Shown: positions 19,065 through 28,786 of the stretch, one piece after another
Layout of the letters: each line of letters starts with the position of its first letter
Numbering within the stretch: position 1 is the first letter of the stretch
Source of the DNA: Candidatus Omnitrophota bacterium
GTDB lineage: Bacteria > Omnitrophota > Gorgyraeia > JABMRN01 > RBG-13-46-9
Length of the DNA: 64,000 nucleotides
Reading direction: 5' to 3'
Assembly: GCA_043817155.1 (NCBI GenBank)
Contig: JBDRHE010000008.1
Span: 1,554 to 65,553 of the forward strand
Made by a program: the position numbers and the translations under genes
Notes under the pieces: generated by a model
What the model was told of the DNA's origin: nothing
What the model saw: only the letters and a program-made list of their open reading frames with translations
The model's database searches: none

Positions 19065-19859
19065 ATGAAGCCCTTTCTATGGTTTGCCGTATCGGCCATA
19101 CTCTTCTTTATGCTGGCAAGGTATGTAGAGAGGAGTAATATATATTTTCCCATGAGAGCTATCAATACAACGCCGGATGCCGCTCGGCTCCAATATGAAG
19201 AGATCTATTTTGTTACCTCTGATAATATAAAATTACATAGCTGGTTCATCCCGGGTGATAAGACAAAAAAGACGATCCTCTTTTGTCACGGCAATGGCGG
19301 TAACATAAGCCACAGGGTGGAGAAGCTGTTATTCTTTCACAAGCTGGGGCTAAATACCTTTATATTCGATTATCGCGGTTATGGCATGAGCAAGGGGTCA
19401 CCTTCCGAGAGCGGTCTTTATGAAGATGCCCTTGCCGCTTACAGATATCTGATCAATGACAAGAAGATAGCTCGCGATCACATTATTCCTTATGGCGAAT
19501 CTTTGGGCGGGGCGGTTGCGATAGAGCTGGTAAAGCGGGAGAAACTTAAGGCCCTGATAACGGAGGAAGCGTTCACATCCGTTACAGAGATGGCCAGGAT
19601 AGTCTATCCGTTCCTTCCTCGTTTTGCGATATCGAGTAAATTCGACTCGATCTCCAAAATAGGAGAGATCGATTGTCCGAAACTCATTATTCACAGCGTA
19701 GACGACGAGATAGTGCCTTTCTCTTTGGGGGAAGCGCTCTTTGGCGCTGCTGCGCCGCCGAAGCAGCTCCTTGAAGTGAGAGGATCACATAACAATGCGT
19801 TCTTCGATTCATCGGATAAGATAGAGAAGGAACTTAAGGCGTTTTTGGATATGTTGTGA
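19065..19859 (+). CDS. Alpha/beta hydrolase (BEM46/ABHD13-like)
   Basis: HGNGGN, DYRGYG, GESLGG, HSVDDEIVP, GSHN. Confidence 0.9.
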   Translation: MKPFLWFAVSAILFFMLARYVERSNIYFPMRAINTTPDAARLQYEEIYFVTSDNIKLHSWFIPGDKTKKTILFCHGNGGNISHRVEKLLFFHKLGLNTFIFDYRGYGMSKGSPSESGLYEDALAAYRYLINDKKIARDHIIPYGESLGGAVAIELVKREKLKALITEEAFTSVTEMARIVYPFLPRFAISSKFDSISKIGEIDCPKLIIHSVDDEIVPFSLGEALFGAAAPPKQLLEVRGSHNNAFFDSSDKIEKELKAFLDML

Positions 19860-19879
19860 GCAAGAACAAGGAGGACTAA

Positions 19880-20392
19880 ATGAAGAATGTTTGTCTATCG
19901 GTCCCGGTATTTTTAATTATGATGCTGGTAAGCAGCGTTTACGGCGCAGAGGACATAGTAGCCTTGTCGGATAAGTTTTACGGCGGCCTTGCAAGTACTA
20001 TAGAACGCTATATGGACGATCCTGATAAATGCGTAAGCGAAGTCGAAGCGTATTACCAGAATAATCAAGCGCTGGCCGCAAAGATAAAAGAGGCTACGGA
20101 AAAAGCAATGGCCCAGATCGCTCCTATGATGGATGAGTATATGGAGATGAGCCAGAAGGCCATGGATGAAGAGATGACCGACGAGGAGATCATGGCTCTT
20201 GAAAATAAGTGGAAGGCGAAGGGTATCCAGCAGAAGCCTCGCGACCCGTCTCCTGGAATGGCCCGCTACTCGGACGCCATGAATGCTTTTTCGGCAAAGC
20301 ACCCTTTTAGAGGTATGAAGATCGCCGGTTTTGCAATGAAACTCGTGCCCGGGTTCGGCCAGGGCATGGCGCAGGATGAGTCTCGCCGATAG
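19880..20392 (+). CDS. Hypothetical secreted helical protein
   Basis: Signal peptide, GGAGG RBS, Met-rich helical sequence. Confidence 0.7.
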   Translation: MKNVCLSVPVFLIMMLVSSVYGAEDIVALSDKFYGGLASTIERYMDDPDKCVSEVEAYYQNNQALAAKIKEATEKAMAQIAPMMDEYMEMSQKAMDEEMTDEEIMALENKWKAKGIQQKPRDPSPGMARYSDAMNAFSAKHPFRGMKIAGFAMKLVPGFGQGMAQDESRR

Positions 20393-20875
20393 ATGAGAAA
20401 CTTTACTACCGGGAATATACCGAAGCATTTAGCTTCATTTTCGCTTCCTATATTACTGGCCGATTTTTTTCAATCTATCTATATTGTTGTTGACGCAGTA
20501 TGGGTAGGCAGGCTTCTTGGCTATGAGGCCCTTGCCTCGATCTCTATAAGCTTTCCTATCGTATTCTTCCTCTTCTCCGTAATCATTGGTCTGGGCGTAG
20601 GTAGTAATATACTTGTAGGGCAATCCTACGGAGCGGATAACACAAGCCTATTATCGAAAGTATTGGTGAACTCATTTATCGCTATTATAGCGATATCCGT
20701 TCTTCTGACGATCGTGGGAATCGTCATAAGCAAACCGCTACTCGGCCTTATTAATACACCGGAGGCCCTAAAGGCGGGGGCGCATGTCTACCTCATTATA
20801 ATGCTTGCAGGCCTCGTTATAAGAGCTCTCTACATAAGGAAGAATCACGGGGTATATACCGCAATATACGCTTGA
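20393..20875 (+). pseudogene. Truncated MATE-family transporter (N-terminal part only)
   Basis: FTTGNI..L..FSLP..Q..Y.VVD..WVG.LLG..ALA, VGQSYGA; stops after 160 aa with no continuation. Confidence 0.75.
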
Positions 20876-20915
20876 CTAGAAAGACTAAATGATTACAATA
20901 TATTAAGGGGTTATT

Positions 20916-21881
20916 ATGAAAATAAGAGAGTTCATAGATAATAACTATAAGCATTTTAACGCCGCGGTTGTGCGCGAAGCAGCTTTAGGGTGGGTGAACC
21001 ATCTTAAATCTGATGGAAAGATGTTCCTTGCCATGGCGGGTGCGTTAAGTACCGGTGAGATAGGGATCTCGCTTGGAGAGATGATAAGGCGCGATAAGGT
21101 GCACGGTATTTCATGTACGCCCGCTAACCTGGAGGAGGACCTCTTTAATTTAGTTGCCCACAAACACTATAGGAGGATACCGGATTATCGCAGTTTATCT
21201 CCGGCCCAAGAGCTGGAGCTCAGGAACGCCCATTTGAACCGTGTAACCGATACATGCATACCGGAAGGAGAGGCTATAAGGAGATTGGGAGAGGTTCTCT
21301 ACCCACTTTGGAAGGAGTCCGAAGATAAGGGTGAGCGTTTCTTCCCGTATGAATTCATGTATAAGGCCGTGAGGAGCGGTAAACTGAAAGAATATTACCA
21401 GATCGATCCTAAAAACAGCTGGGTTGTGGCTGCCTGCGAGAAAGAGATACCCATATTTACTCCAGGGTGGGAAGATTCTACTCTGGCAAATGGTTTGGTT
21501 GCGGAGGTGAAGTCCGGGAAGTTCAAGAACTTCAATTTCATAAAGAGCGGCCTTGAACAGATGGACTACCTGATCGACTGGTACCTTGACAAAACAAGAG
21601 ATTCTTCGATGGGGTTCTTCCAGATAGGGGGCGGGATAGCAGGAGATTTCCCGATATGCGTCGTTCCTCTCATAAGACAGGATCTTAAGAAAGATTGCCG
21701 CGTATGGGGATATTTTTGTCAGATTAGCGATAGTACCACCTCTTATGGTTCATATAGCGGCGCAGTGCCGAATGAGAAGATAACCTGGGAGAAGCTCGGG
21801 GTGGAGACCCCGAGATTTATTATAGAATCCGACGCGAGCATTGTAGCGCCGCTTATATTCGAATACGTACTCGGGCATTAA
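20916..21881 (+). CDS. Deoxyhypusine-synthase-like protein (putative homospermidine synthase)
   Basis: HFNAA, ANLEED, NRVTDTCIPE, PGWEDST, GGGIAGDFPICVVP, TSYGSYSGAVPNEKITW. Confidence 0.9.
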   Translation: MKIREFIDNNYKHFNAAVVREAALGWVNHLKSDGKMFLAMAGALSTGEIGISLGEMIRRDKVHGISCTPANLEEDLFNLVAHKHYRRIPDYRSLSPAQELELRNAHLNRVTDTCIPEGEAIRRLGEVLYPLWKESEDKGERFFPYEFMYKAVRSGKLKEYYQIDPKNSWVVAACEKEIPIFTPGWEDSTLANGLVAEVKSGKFKNFNFIKSGLEQMDYLIDWYLDKTRDSSMGFFQIGGGIAGDFPICVVPLIRQDLKKDCRVWGYFCQISDSTTSYGSYSGAVPNEKITWEKLGVETPRFIIESDASIVAPLIFEYVLGH

Positions 21882-21922
21882 AATAAGTGCACCGGTGCAC
21901 AGGCCACAAGAGCGCCAGAGAT

Positions 21923-22493
21923 ATGATTAAGGAATTAATTATCAGGAACCGCAGTTACAGGCGTTTTTATCAAGATCACGTTATTGATCGTAAGGTGTTG
22001 GAGGATCTTGTTGACCTGGCCAGACTCTCTTCTTCCGCAGCCAACTTGCAGCCGCTCAAGTTTATCTTATCAGCTAAACCGGATAAGAATTCTTCGATAT
22101 TCCCGAATTTAAAATGGGCCGGGTATTTAAAAGATTGGCACGGACCGGAAGAGGGCGAAAGGCCATCGGCTTACATAGTGGTACTACAGGACACTAATAT
22201 CAGCAAGAATCCCGAATGTGATCACGGGGATAGCGGCAGCGGTAATACTACTTGGCGCCGTAGAGAAAGGTTTAGGCGGATGTATTCTCGGGGCGATAGA
22301 TCGGGAGGGCATACGCGGCGCCCTCGAGATCGAAAACCGCTTTGCGGTACTCCTTGTCATTGCGCTGGGGAAACCTAAAGAGAGAGTGGCGCTCGAGACG
22401 GCCAAAGATGCGTCCGACATAAAATATTGGCGCACTGAGGACGGTGTGCATCATGTGCCAAAGCGGAGGCTGAAGGATATTATTATTAACTGA
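21923..22493 (+). pseudogene. Nitroreductase-family gene split by a +1 frameshift
   Basis: NRSYRRF..SAANLQPL..CDHG continues in another frame as IAAAVILLGAVEKGLGGC..HHVPKR; extra G in GGGG at 22226-22229. Confidence 0.8.
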
Positions 22494-22515
22494 TAAAGCA
22501 AAACGGTGCTAGCTC

Positions 22516-22905
22516 GTCTTTGCGAGGTGCCGTAATATGCTAAGCGCACTGAAACAATTGTTTCTCCCCTCGTCTTTGCGAGGTGCCGTAAATAAGTTAG
22601 CGCACCGAAGCAATCTCAAACTAGCTCGAATGAGATTGCCTGCCTGCCCGCCAAAGCTTTTAAATGGCAGGCGGGCCTGCCAGTATATTTCGGGCAGGCA
22701 GGCTTCGGCACGTTCGAATATTCCGGTGCCTCGCAAAGACGAGGTAAGCTTGAGATTGCTTCGGCACGTTCGAATATTCCGGTGCCTCGCAAAGACGAGG
22801 TAAGCAGAGATTGTCCCGCCGTTACTTTCGCATGGCGGGATCCCGCCATGCGAAGCATGCGACGGGGCTTCGGCACGTTCGAATATTCCGGTGCCTCGCA
22901 AAGAC
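22516..22905. repeat. Cluster of family B REP-like palindromes with nested inserts
   Basis: Three copies of CTTCGGCACGTTCGAATATTCCGGTGCCTCGCAAAGAC plus two opposing units. Confidence 0.9.
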
Positions 22906-22921
22906 GAATAGAAGAAAAAAT

Positions 22922-24088
22922 ATGAATAACTTTATATACCACGTCCCCACAAGAATATATTTCGGTAAAGGCCAGGTAAAGGCGCTTAAAGGTGAATTGG
23001 AAGGCCGCGTTAAGAAAGTACTGATAGTTACCGGCCAGGGGAGCGTTAAGAAGAATGGTATATTTGATAATGTCCAAAGGGAGGTAAGGAACGCAAAGGT
23101 CAATTTTGTCGAGCTATCCGGTATCAAACCCAACCCGCGCCTTAAAAGTGTTTATGAAGGTATAGAGATTTGCAGGAAGGAATCCGTAGATTTCATACTG
23201 GCAGTAGGGGGTGGCAGCGTTATCGATGCTTCAAAAGCCATAGCTGCCGGGGTGAACTATACAGGCGACGTATGGGATTTCTTTGAAAAAGGGATCGAAT
23301 GCAAAAAGGCGCTGCCCGTTGGCACGGTTCTTACGCTCGCGGCGACAGGGACGGAGATGAACATGCATACTGTCATTTCTAAAGAGGATACCGAGCGCAA
23401 ACTCTCGCTTAGTTGTCCCCTATTAAGGCCCGAGTTTTCCGTGTTGGACCCGGAATATACGTATAGTGTAAACAGATATCACACGGCTGCCGGAATCGTA
23501 GATATAATGGCGCATATATTTGAGGAGTATTTTAGCGAACCGAGTTCGGCTTATGTGCCGGACAGGATAGCGGAAGCGCTTTTAAGGACGTGCATACATT
23601 ATGGGCCTGTTGCGTGTGAAAAGCCTCGTGATTATAATGCAAGAGCCAACCTTTTATGGGCGGGTAGCCTTGCTTTAAATGGCCTATTGGGAGCCGGTAA
23701 GTGCGGGGATTGGGCCAGTCACTACATAGAACATGAGGTAAGCGCGATCTATGATATAAGCCACGGGGTAGGGCTCGCAATTATCATTCCGAACTGGATG
23801 AGGCATGTTTTAAGCAAGCAGACCGAAAACAAGTTTGCGGAATTCGGGGCCAATGTCTGGGGCATCGAAAAGAGCGCGGATAAAGAGGGAATGGCCAAAA
23901 GCGCTATCAGGAAGACGCGGGATTTCTTTAATTCGCTTGGGCTGCCTTCCACATTTGATGAGGTTGGGGTTCCCAAGGACCGGTTCAAGGATATGGCGAA
24001 GAACGCCAAAAGATCCATAGGCGAGATCGGGTCGTTCAAGAAGCTATCGGAGAAGGACATCATCGATATCCTGGAAGAGGCGCACTAA
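22922..24088 (+). CDS. Iron-containing alcohol dehydrogenase (BdhA/YqhD-like)
   Basis: PTRIYFGKG, GGGSVID, TLAATGTEM, DIMAH, H.IEH, HGVGL; start set at ATG 22922. Confidence 0.92.
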   Translation: MNNFIYHVPTRIYFGKGQVKALKGELEGRVKKVLIVTGQGSVKKNGIFDNVQREVRNAKVNFVELSGIKPNPRLKSVYEGIEICRKESVDFILAVGGGSVIDASKAIAAGVNYTGDVWDFFEKGIECKKALPVGTVLTLAATGTEMNMHTVISKEDTERKLSLSCPLLRPEFSVLDPEYTYSVNRYHTAAGIVDIMAHIFEEYFSEPSSAYVPDRIAEALLRTCIHYGPVACEKPRDYNARANLLWAGSLALNGLLGAGKCGDWASHYIEHEVSAIYDISHGVGLAIIIPNWMRHVLSKQTENKFAEFGANVWGIEKSADKEGMAKSAIRKTRDFFNSLGLPSTFDEVGVPKDRFKDMAKNAKRSIGEIGSFKKLSEKDIIDILEEAH

Positions 24089-24123
24089 CCTTTAAACGCC
24101 AACCTTGTAGCGAAAGTTTATTC

Positions 24124-24642
24124 ATGAAGCCATCAAGACATATAGCCGCTTCAATAGCCCTTGGAACACTGTTCTGGTTTATTACTAGATCCATATCCGC
24201 GGGCGCTATATGCTGTTTATCGGGTATTATGGTTGATACCGATCATATAATAGAGTGGCTAATGCATTACGGTTGGAAGGGTCTTACGTATAGTAACATA
24301 TATAAGGAGAGCGAAGATACCTATACGAACATATGCAAGGAGAGAGAAGATACCTATAAGAACATATGCAAGGAGAGCGAAGATACCTATGGGCCGGGAA
24401 TGGGCGGGTTTAAGAGATTGTACCTGGTATTTCATAGCGCGGAGTTAATAATTCTTTTCTGGATACTAGCCTTTGTTACAGAGAATATTTATGTCTTTGC
24501 CATCGCGCTCGGCCATTCTTCGCATGTGGCGCTTGACTATATTGGGAACGAAGGGCATCTATTCGCCTATTTCTGGATATGGCGATTCGTGCATAAATTC
24601 AATATCGAAAAGATGCAAAGACGAAAGAAAGGGCGTGCTTAA
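24124..24642 (+). CDS. Membrane protein, possible metal-dependent hydrolase, with an internal 11-aa triple repeat
   Basis: H, DTDH, FHS and H..H..LD motifs; 33-nt unit x3 at 24295-24393. Confidence 0.6.
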   Translation: MKPSRHIAASIALGTLFWFITRSISAGAICCLSGIMVDTDHIIEWLMHYGWKGLTYSNIYKESEDTYTNICKEREDTYKNICKESEDTYGPGMGGFKRLYLVFHSAELIILFWILAFVTENIYVFAIALGHSSHVALDYIGNEGHLFAYFWIWRFVHKFNIEKMQRRKKGRA

Positions 24643-24644
24643 CG

Positions 24645-25139
24645 ATGGAGACATTTAAGTCTATAGCCGGGAGAGCGAGTATAAGGGCATACCGAAAAGG
24701 GGAAATTGAAATAGCGCTTTTGGAGAAGCTGGTCGATGCCGGCCGGAGGGCACCTACAGCCAGAGCCATAGAGCCATGGGAATTCGTGGTTATAGTAGAT
24801 AGAGAAACTCTTAATAAGCTCGGCGACATTGCGAATACAGGAAGTTTCATAAAGAGCGCCGCTGCATGTATAGCTGTTTTATGCAAGGAGACCAAATATT
24901 ATCTTGAAGACGGATGCGCTGCCACAGAGAACATATTGCTTCTGGCCAAAGACTTTGGATTAGGCGCTTGTTGGGTAGCCGGCGATAAGAAGCCTTACGC
25001 GCAGAGCGTTCTTGACCTCCTGGGCGCTCCGTCGGGACTTAAGCTCGTAAGCTTAATATCCCTGGGTTGGCCAAAGGAAGAGAGAAAACAGGTAAAGAAG
25101 CGGCCGCTCAAAGACGTAATTCACTGGAATAGGTTCTGA
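24645..25139 (+). CDS. Nitroreductase-family protein
   Basis: RASIRAY, APTA..EPWEF, EDGCAATENILL..GLGACWV. Confidence 0.92.
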   Translation: METFKSIAGRASIRAYRKGEIEIALLEKLVDAGRRAPTARAIEPWEFVVIVDRETLNKLGDIANTGSFIKSAAACIAVLCKETKYYLEDGCAATENILLLAKDFGLGACWVAGDKKPYAQSVLDLLGAPSGLKLVSLISLGWPKEERKQVKKRPLKDVIHWNRF

Positions 25140-25141
25140 AT

Positions 25142-26269
25142 ATGGAGAAGGTCGATATCACGATCATCGGCGCCGGCGTTATAGGCTTAGCGATCGCATA
25201 CGTACTTTCAGAGTTTAGTAAAGACATAACAGTGATAGAAAGGAACCGGTCATTTGGGCAGGAGACGAGTTCAAGAAATTCAGAGGTAATTCACTCAGGG
25301 ATCTACTATCCCAAAGGCACTCTTAAGGAAGAGACGTGTATAAGGGGACGAGAACTGCTTTATGAACTATGCTCAAAACATAATATTCCGCACAGGAGAC
25401 TCGGTAAGCTAATAGTGGCTTCCGGGGAGAAGGATATAGGCAAGCTCGAAGAGATATATAATAATGCATCGGAATGCGGGGTTAAGAACTTAAGGTTCCT
25501 GGACAAGGGCCAGATCAAAAGGCTGGAGCCGCGTATCGATGCAGAGAAGGCTCTCTTCTCCCCGGATACGGGCATAGTTGACACCCATAGCTTGATGCAG
25601 TTCTTTTTTGGCAGGGCAAAAGAACGTAATGTTAATTTTGCATTTTCTGTAGAAGCTGTAAAGATCAAAAGAGAGAACTCATTCTATGAGATCACCGTGC
25701 GCGAGCCGACAGGGGATAACTTCTCCTTTCAGAGCGGGTACGTTATAAATTCTGCAGGCCTCGTGTCTGACAAAATCGCTGAGCTTGCCGGGATAAATAT
25801 AGAAAAGAACAATTATAAGATCCATTATTGCAAAGGGACGTATTACAGGATAAGAGATCCTAAGAAGTTTTCCATAGAACACCTGATATATCCGCCGCCC
25901 AAAGAGACCGATCTCGGTATCCATGTTACACCGGATCTGGCCGGGGGCCTTAGGCTGGGGCCGGATGCCGAGTATGTTAAAGATATAGAATACAATGTAG
26001 AGGAAGCGGGTAGGGCAAAGTTCTTCGATTCCGTATCAAAACTCTTGGTTTCACTCGAGCAAGATGATCTGATACCTGATACGGCGGGTATCAGGCCAAA
26101 GCTCCAGGGAGTGGGCGAAGGATTTCGCGATTTTGTTATTAAGGATGAGGCGGATCTTGGGCTCCCACGGTTTATAGACCTGATCGGCATCGAATCACCA
26201 GGCCTTACAAGCTGCCTTGCCATAGCGGGCCTGGTAAAGGATCTTGTGAAAGGATCGATAAATGATTAA
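25142..26269 (+). CDS. FAD-dependent oxidoreductase, L-2-hydroxyglutarate oxidase (LhgO)-like
   Basis: GAGVIG, TSSRNSEVIHSGIYY, LGIH.T.DL, GIRPK, GIESPGLTS. Confidence 0.88.
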   Translation: MEKVDITIIGAGVIGLAIAYVLSEFSKDITVIERNRSFGQETSSRNSEVIHSGIYYPKGTLKEETCIRGRELLYELCSKHNIPHRRLGKLIVASGEKDIGKLEEIYNNASECGVKNLRFLDKGQIKRLEPRIDAEKALFSPDTGIVDTHSLMQFFFGRAKERNVNFAFSVEAVKIKRENSFYEITVREPTGDNFSFQSGYVINSAGLVSDKIAELAGINIEKNNYKIHYCKGTYYRIRDPKKFSIEHLIYPPPKETDLGIHVTPDLAGGLRLGPDAEYVKDIEYNVEEAGRAKFFDSVSKLLVSLEQDDLIPDTAGIRPKLQGVGEGFRDFVIKDEADLGLPRFIDLIGIESPGLTSCLAIAGLVKDLVKGSIND

Positions 26270-26741
26270 GCACTCTCTTAAGATCGGATTCAGCTTTGGC
26301 CTCACTTCCGGGATCATCACAACGCTCGGGCTCATGGTAGGCCTTAGCGCAGGTACCAACTCTAAACTGGCGGTTATCGGGGGCATACTGACCATAGCCA
26401 TAGCCGATGCATTTTCGGATGCGCTTGGCATTCATGTATCTGAAGAATCTGAGAATAAGCACACCCCAAAAGAGATATGGGTAGCGACCTTATCCACCTT
26501 CTTCTCGAAATTTATCATCGCTCTTACATTCCTTGTACCGGTCCTGGCATTCGATCTTACAAGCGCCATATTTATAAGCATTGTCTGGGGACTTGGCATG
26601 CTATGTTTCTTCAGCTATAAGATGGCTTTAGAACAGAAAGAGTCGCCGTGGCGGGTGGTGGGGGAACATGTCGCGATAGCAGCAGTGGTCATCATCTTGA
26701 CAAACTTGGCCGGAAACTGGATATCCGCTATATTAAGGTAA
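26262..26741 (+). CDS. VIT1/CCC1-like membrane protein
   Basis: FGLTSGIITTLG, IAIADAFSDALGIHVSEE; 5 TM segments. Confidence 0.75.
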   Translation: MIKHSLKIGFSFGLTSGIITTLGLMVGLSAGTNSKLAVIGGILTIAIADAFSDALGIHVSEESENKHTPKEIWVATLSTFFSKFIIALTFLVPVLAFDLTSAIFISIVWGLGMLCFFSYKMALEQKESPWRVVGEHVAIAAVVIILTNLAGNWISAILR

Positions 26742-26754
26742 AGAGCAAAATACG

Positions 26755-26946
26755 TAATGGGTGAGTAAACAGGGGTAGTTTCCGTTTGTCATTCCCACAT
26801 CTTCCCACATGTCATCCCCGCGGAAGCGGGGATCCAGAGTGTCCTCGTCGAAAGTACATCCATGGATTCCCGCCTGCCTGCTTGCCGCAGGCGGGCAGGC
26901 TTGCGCGGGAATGACAGAGAAAAAACCCATGAAGACTCGCCCAACG
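26755..26946 (+). mobile_element. MITE-like element carrying a family A REP doublet
   Basis: Starts TAATGGGTGAGT and ends ATGAAGACTCGCCCA; homologous to 31298-31466 and 34303-34490. Confidence 0.7.
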
Positions 26947-26978
26947 CAAAAATATTCCGAAAAATATCCCAAAATAGC

Positions 26979-27008
26979 TTGACACCCAAGGCCCATTTTT
27001 GATATAAT
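26979..27008 (+). promoter_or_regulatory. Sigma70-type promoter
   Basis: TTGACA-18 bp-TATAAT with TGn extension. Confidence 0.75.
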
Positions 27009-27015
27009 TCTGAAA

Positions 27016-27068
27016 CTGTAAAAAATACAGGACAAAGGCGTCCTCGCGTGGGGACGCCTGTTTTATTC
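27016..27068 (+). promoter_or_regulatory. ANTAR-type hairpin overlapping an intrinsic terminator
   Basis: AGGAC-AAAGGC-GTCCT (27029-27044) overlaps terminator AGGCGTCCTC-GCGT-GGGGACGCCT-GTTTTATT; upstream hairpin is non-canonical. Confidence 0.75.
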
Positions 27069-27130
27069 TATATCGTGTTTAGAAATTGAGCATAATATGA
27101 ATAAAGTATAAGCGAAGAAGGAGGGTAACG

Positions 27131-28723
27131 ATGAATCTACAAAGGCCTAACGCAAATGATGCAACGAGGACCACCAACCGCTCGAGGAGCGTTGTGCCGG
27201 GTTCAGGTATCTGTTCGCGCTGTATTGATGGCTGTAAGGGGAATTGCGAAGTTTTTAAAGCCTCTTTTAGGGGACGAGAAGTAATATATCCCGGTCCTTT
27301 CGGGGATGTGACCGCGGGCGGCGACAAGGATTACCCGGTCGATTATTCACACCTTAATATACAGGGCTATGCGCTTGGCGCAAAAGGTTTACCTGATGGT
27401 GTTGAGGCCGGGCCTGACACGACAAAGTTCCCTGATGTAGATACAGAGACCGAATACGGCTGGGACAAAAAAGTAAAGATGAAGGTCCCTATGTTTACCG
27501 GGGCCCTCGGCTCGACCGAGATAGCAAGAAAGAACTGGGAACACTTCGCAATAGGCGCCGCTATTTCAGGCGTTACCCTGGTTTGCGGAGAGAATGTATG
27601 CGGTATCGACCCGGGACTGGAACTGGATTCGAAGAAGAAGATAAAGAGCGCCCCGGACATGGACAGGCGCATTGAGGTGTACAAGAGATTTCACGAAGGT
27701 TACGGCGAGATCCTTGTGCAGATGAACGTTGAGGATACACGCTTGGGCGTAGCCGAGTATGTCATAAAGAAGCACAAGCTTGACACGATCGAACTTAAAT
27801 GGGGACAGGGCGCGAAGTGCATAGGCGGAGAGATCAAGGTAAACAGTCTCGAAAGAGCGCTCGAGCTTCAGAAGAGAGGTTATATTGTTACCCCTGATCC
27901 ATCTGTTAAATCAATCCAGGCAGCATTTAAAGAAGGCGCCATAAAGGAATTTGAGCGCCATTCCCGCCTCGGCTTTGTATCCGAAGAATCTTTCCTTGCG
28001 GAAGTCAAACGCTTAAGGGATCTCGGGTTCAAGCGCGTTACACTTAAGACGGGCGCATATTCGATGAGAGAACTTGCCATGGCCATTAAGTATAGCTCTC
28101 TGGCCAGGATAGATCTTCTCACAATCGACGGCGCACCGGGCGGAACAGGAATGAGCCCGTGGAGAATGATGGAAGAGTGGGGAATACCGACCTTCTATTT
28201 GCAATCTCTCGCCAACGAATTCTGCGATAAGCTAACTGCTAAGGGTATGCGTATACCTGATATTGCAATAGCCGGCGGGTTCTCATCCGAAGACCACATA
28301 TTCAAGGTACTTGCTATGGGCGCGCCTTATACAAAGGCTGTGTGTATGGGCAGGGCCCTTATGATACCGGGAATGGTCGGAAAGAATATGCAAGGATGGA
28401 TAGACTCAAAAGATCTTCCGAAGACCATTTCGGAATTTGGAAAGACCCCGGAAGAGATCTATGTCACATACGCTGAACTTAAAGAGAAATACGGCAAAGA
28501 CATCAAGCACATTCCTCTCGGAGCTATCGGTATATATACCTTCTCGCAGAAGATCAGGGTAGGACTCCAGCAGCTTATGGCAGGAAGCAGAAACTTCAAG
28601 ATCGACGCAATTGCTAGACAGGATGTTATGAGCCTGACTGAAGAGGCTGCCAAGGTCTCAGGGATCCCTTACATCATGGATGCTTACAGGGAAGAAGCTG
28701 AGATGGTCCTGGAAGGGAAATAG
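27131..28723 (+). CDS. Stand-alone FMN-binding glutamate synthase family protein
   Basis: CSRC..GC...C, GALGST, ELKWGQGAKCIGGE, LKTG, DGAPGGTGMSP, AGG, MGRA. Confidence 0.88.
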   Translation: MNLQRPNANDATRTTNRSRSVVPGSGICSRCIDGCKGNCEVFKASFRGREVIYPGPFGDVTAGGDKDYPVDYSHLNIQGYALGAKGLPDGVEAGPDTTKFPDVDTETEYGWDKKVKMKVPMFTGALGSTEIARKNWEHFAIGAAISGVTLVCGENVCGIDPGLELDSKKKIKSAPDMDRRIEVYKRFHEGYGEILVQMNVEDTRLGVAEYVIKKHKLDTIELKWGQGAKCIGGEIKVNSLERALELQKRGYIVTPDPSVKSIQAAFKEGAIKEFERHSRLGFVSEESFLAEVKRLRDLGFKRVTLKTGAYSMRELAMAIKYSSLARIDLLTIDGAPGGTGMSPWRMMEEWGIPTFYLQSLANEFCDKLTAKGMRIPDIAIAGGFSSEDHIFKVLAMGAPYTKAVCMGRALMIPGMVGKNMQGWIDSKDLPKTISEFGKTPEEIYVTYAELKEKYGKDIKHIPLGAIGIYTFSQKIRVGLQQLMAGSRNFKIDAIARQDVMSLTEEAAKVSGIPYIMDAYREEAEMVLEGK

Positions 28724-28751
28724 ACTGTCGCTGTTAATGCCTAAAAATATA

Positions 28752-28780
28752 TTGACTAAATAACACAAATTTGGTAAGCT
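28752..28780 (+). promoter_or_regulatory. Sigma70-type promoter of glnA
   Basis: TTGACT-17 bp-TAAGCT with TGn extension. Confidence 0.65.
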
Positions 28781-28786
28781 GATCTC

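Noticed and set aside
22703-22905. Three about 38-bp direct repeats as a mini-CRISPR
   Set aside because: The units are REP-like palindromes also found at 1424 and 16.5 kb; the intervening sequences are shared linker plus palindromic inserts, not unique spacers.
22811-22921. ORF-track N-terminal extensions (also at 29080, 48228, 51589, 60643)
   Set aside because: The extensions run through repeats or leaders; downstream ATGs fit family N-termini and RBS positions better.
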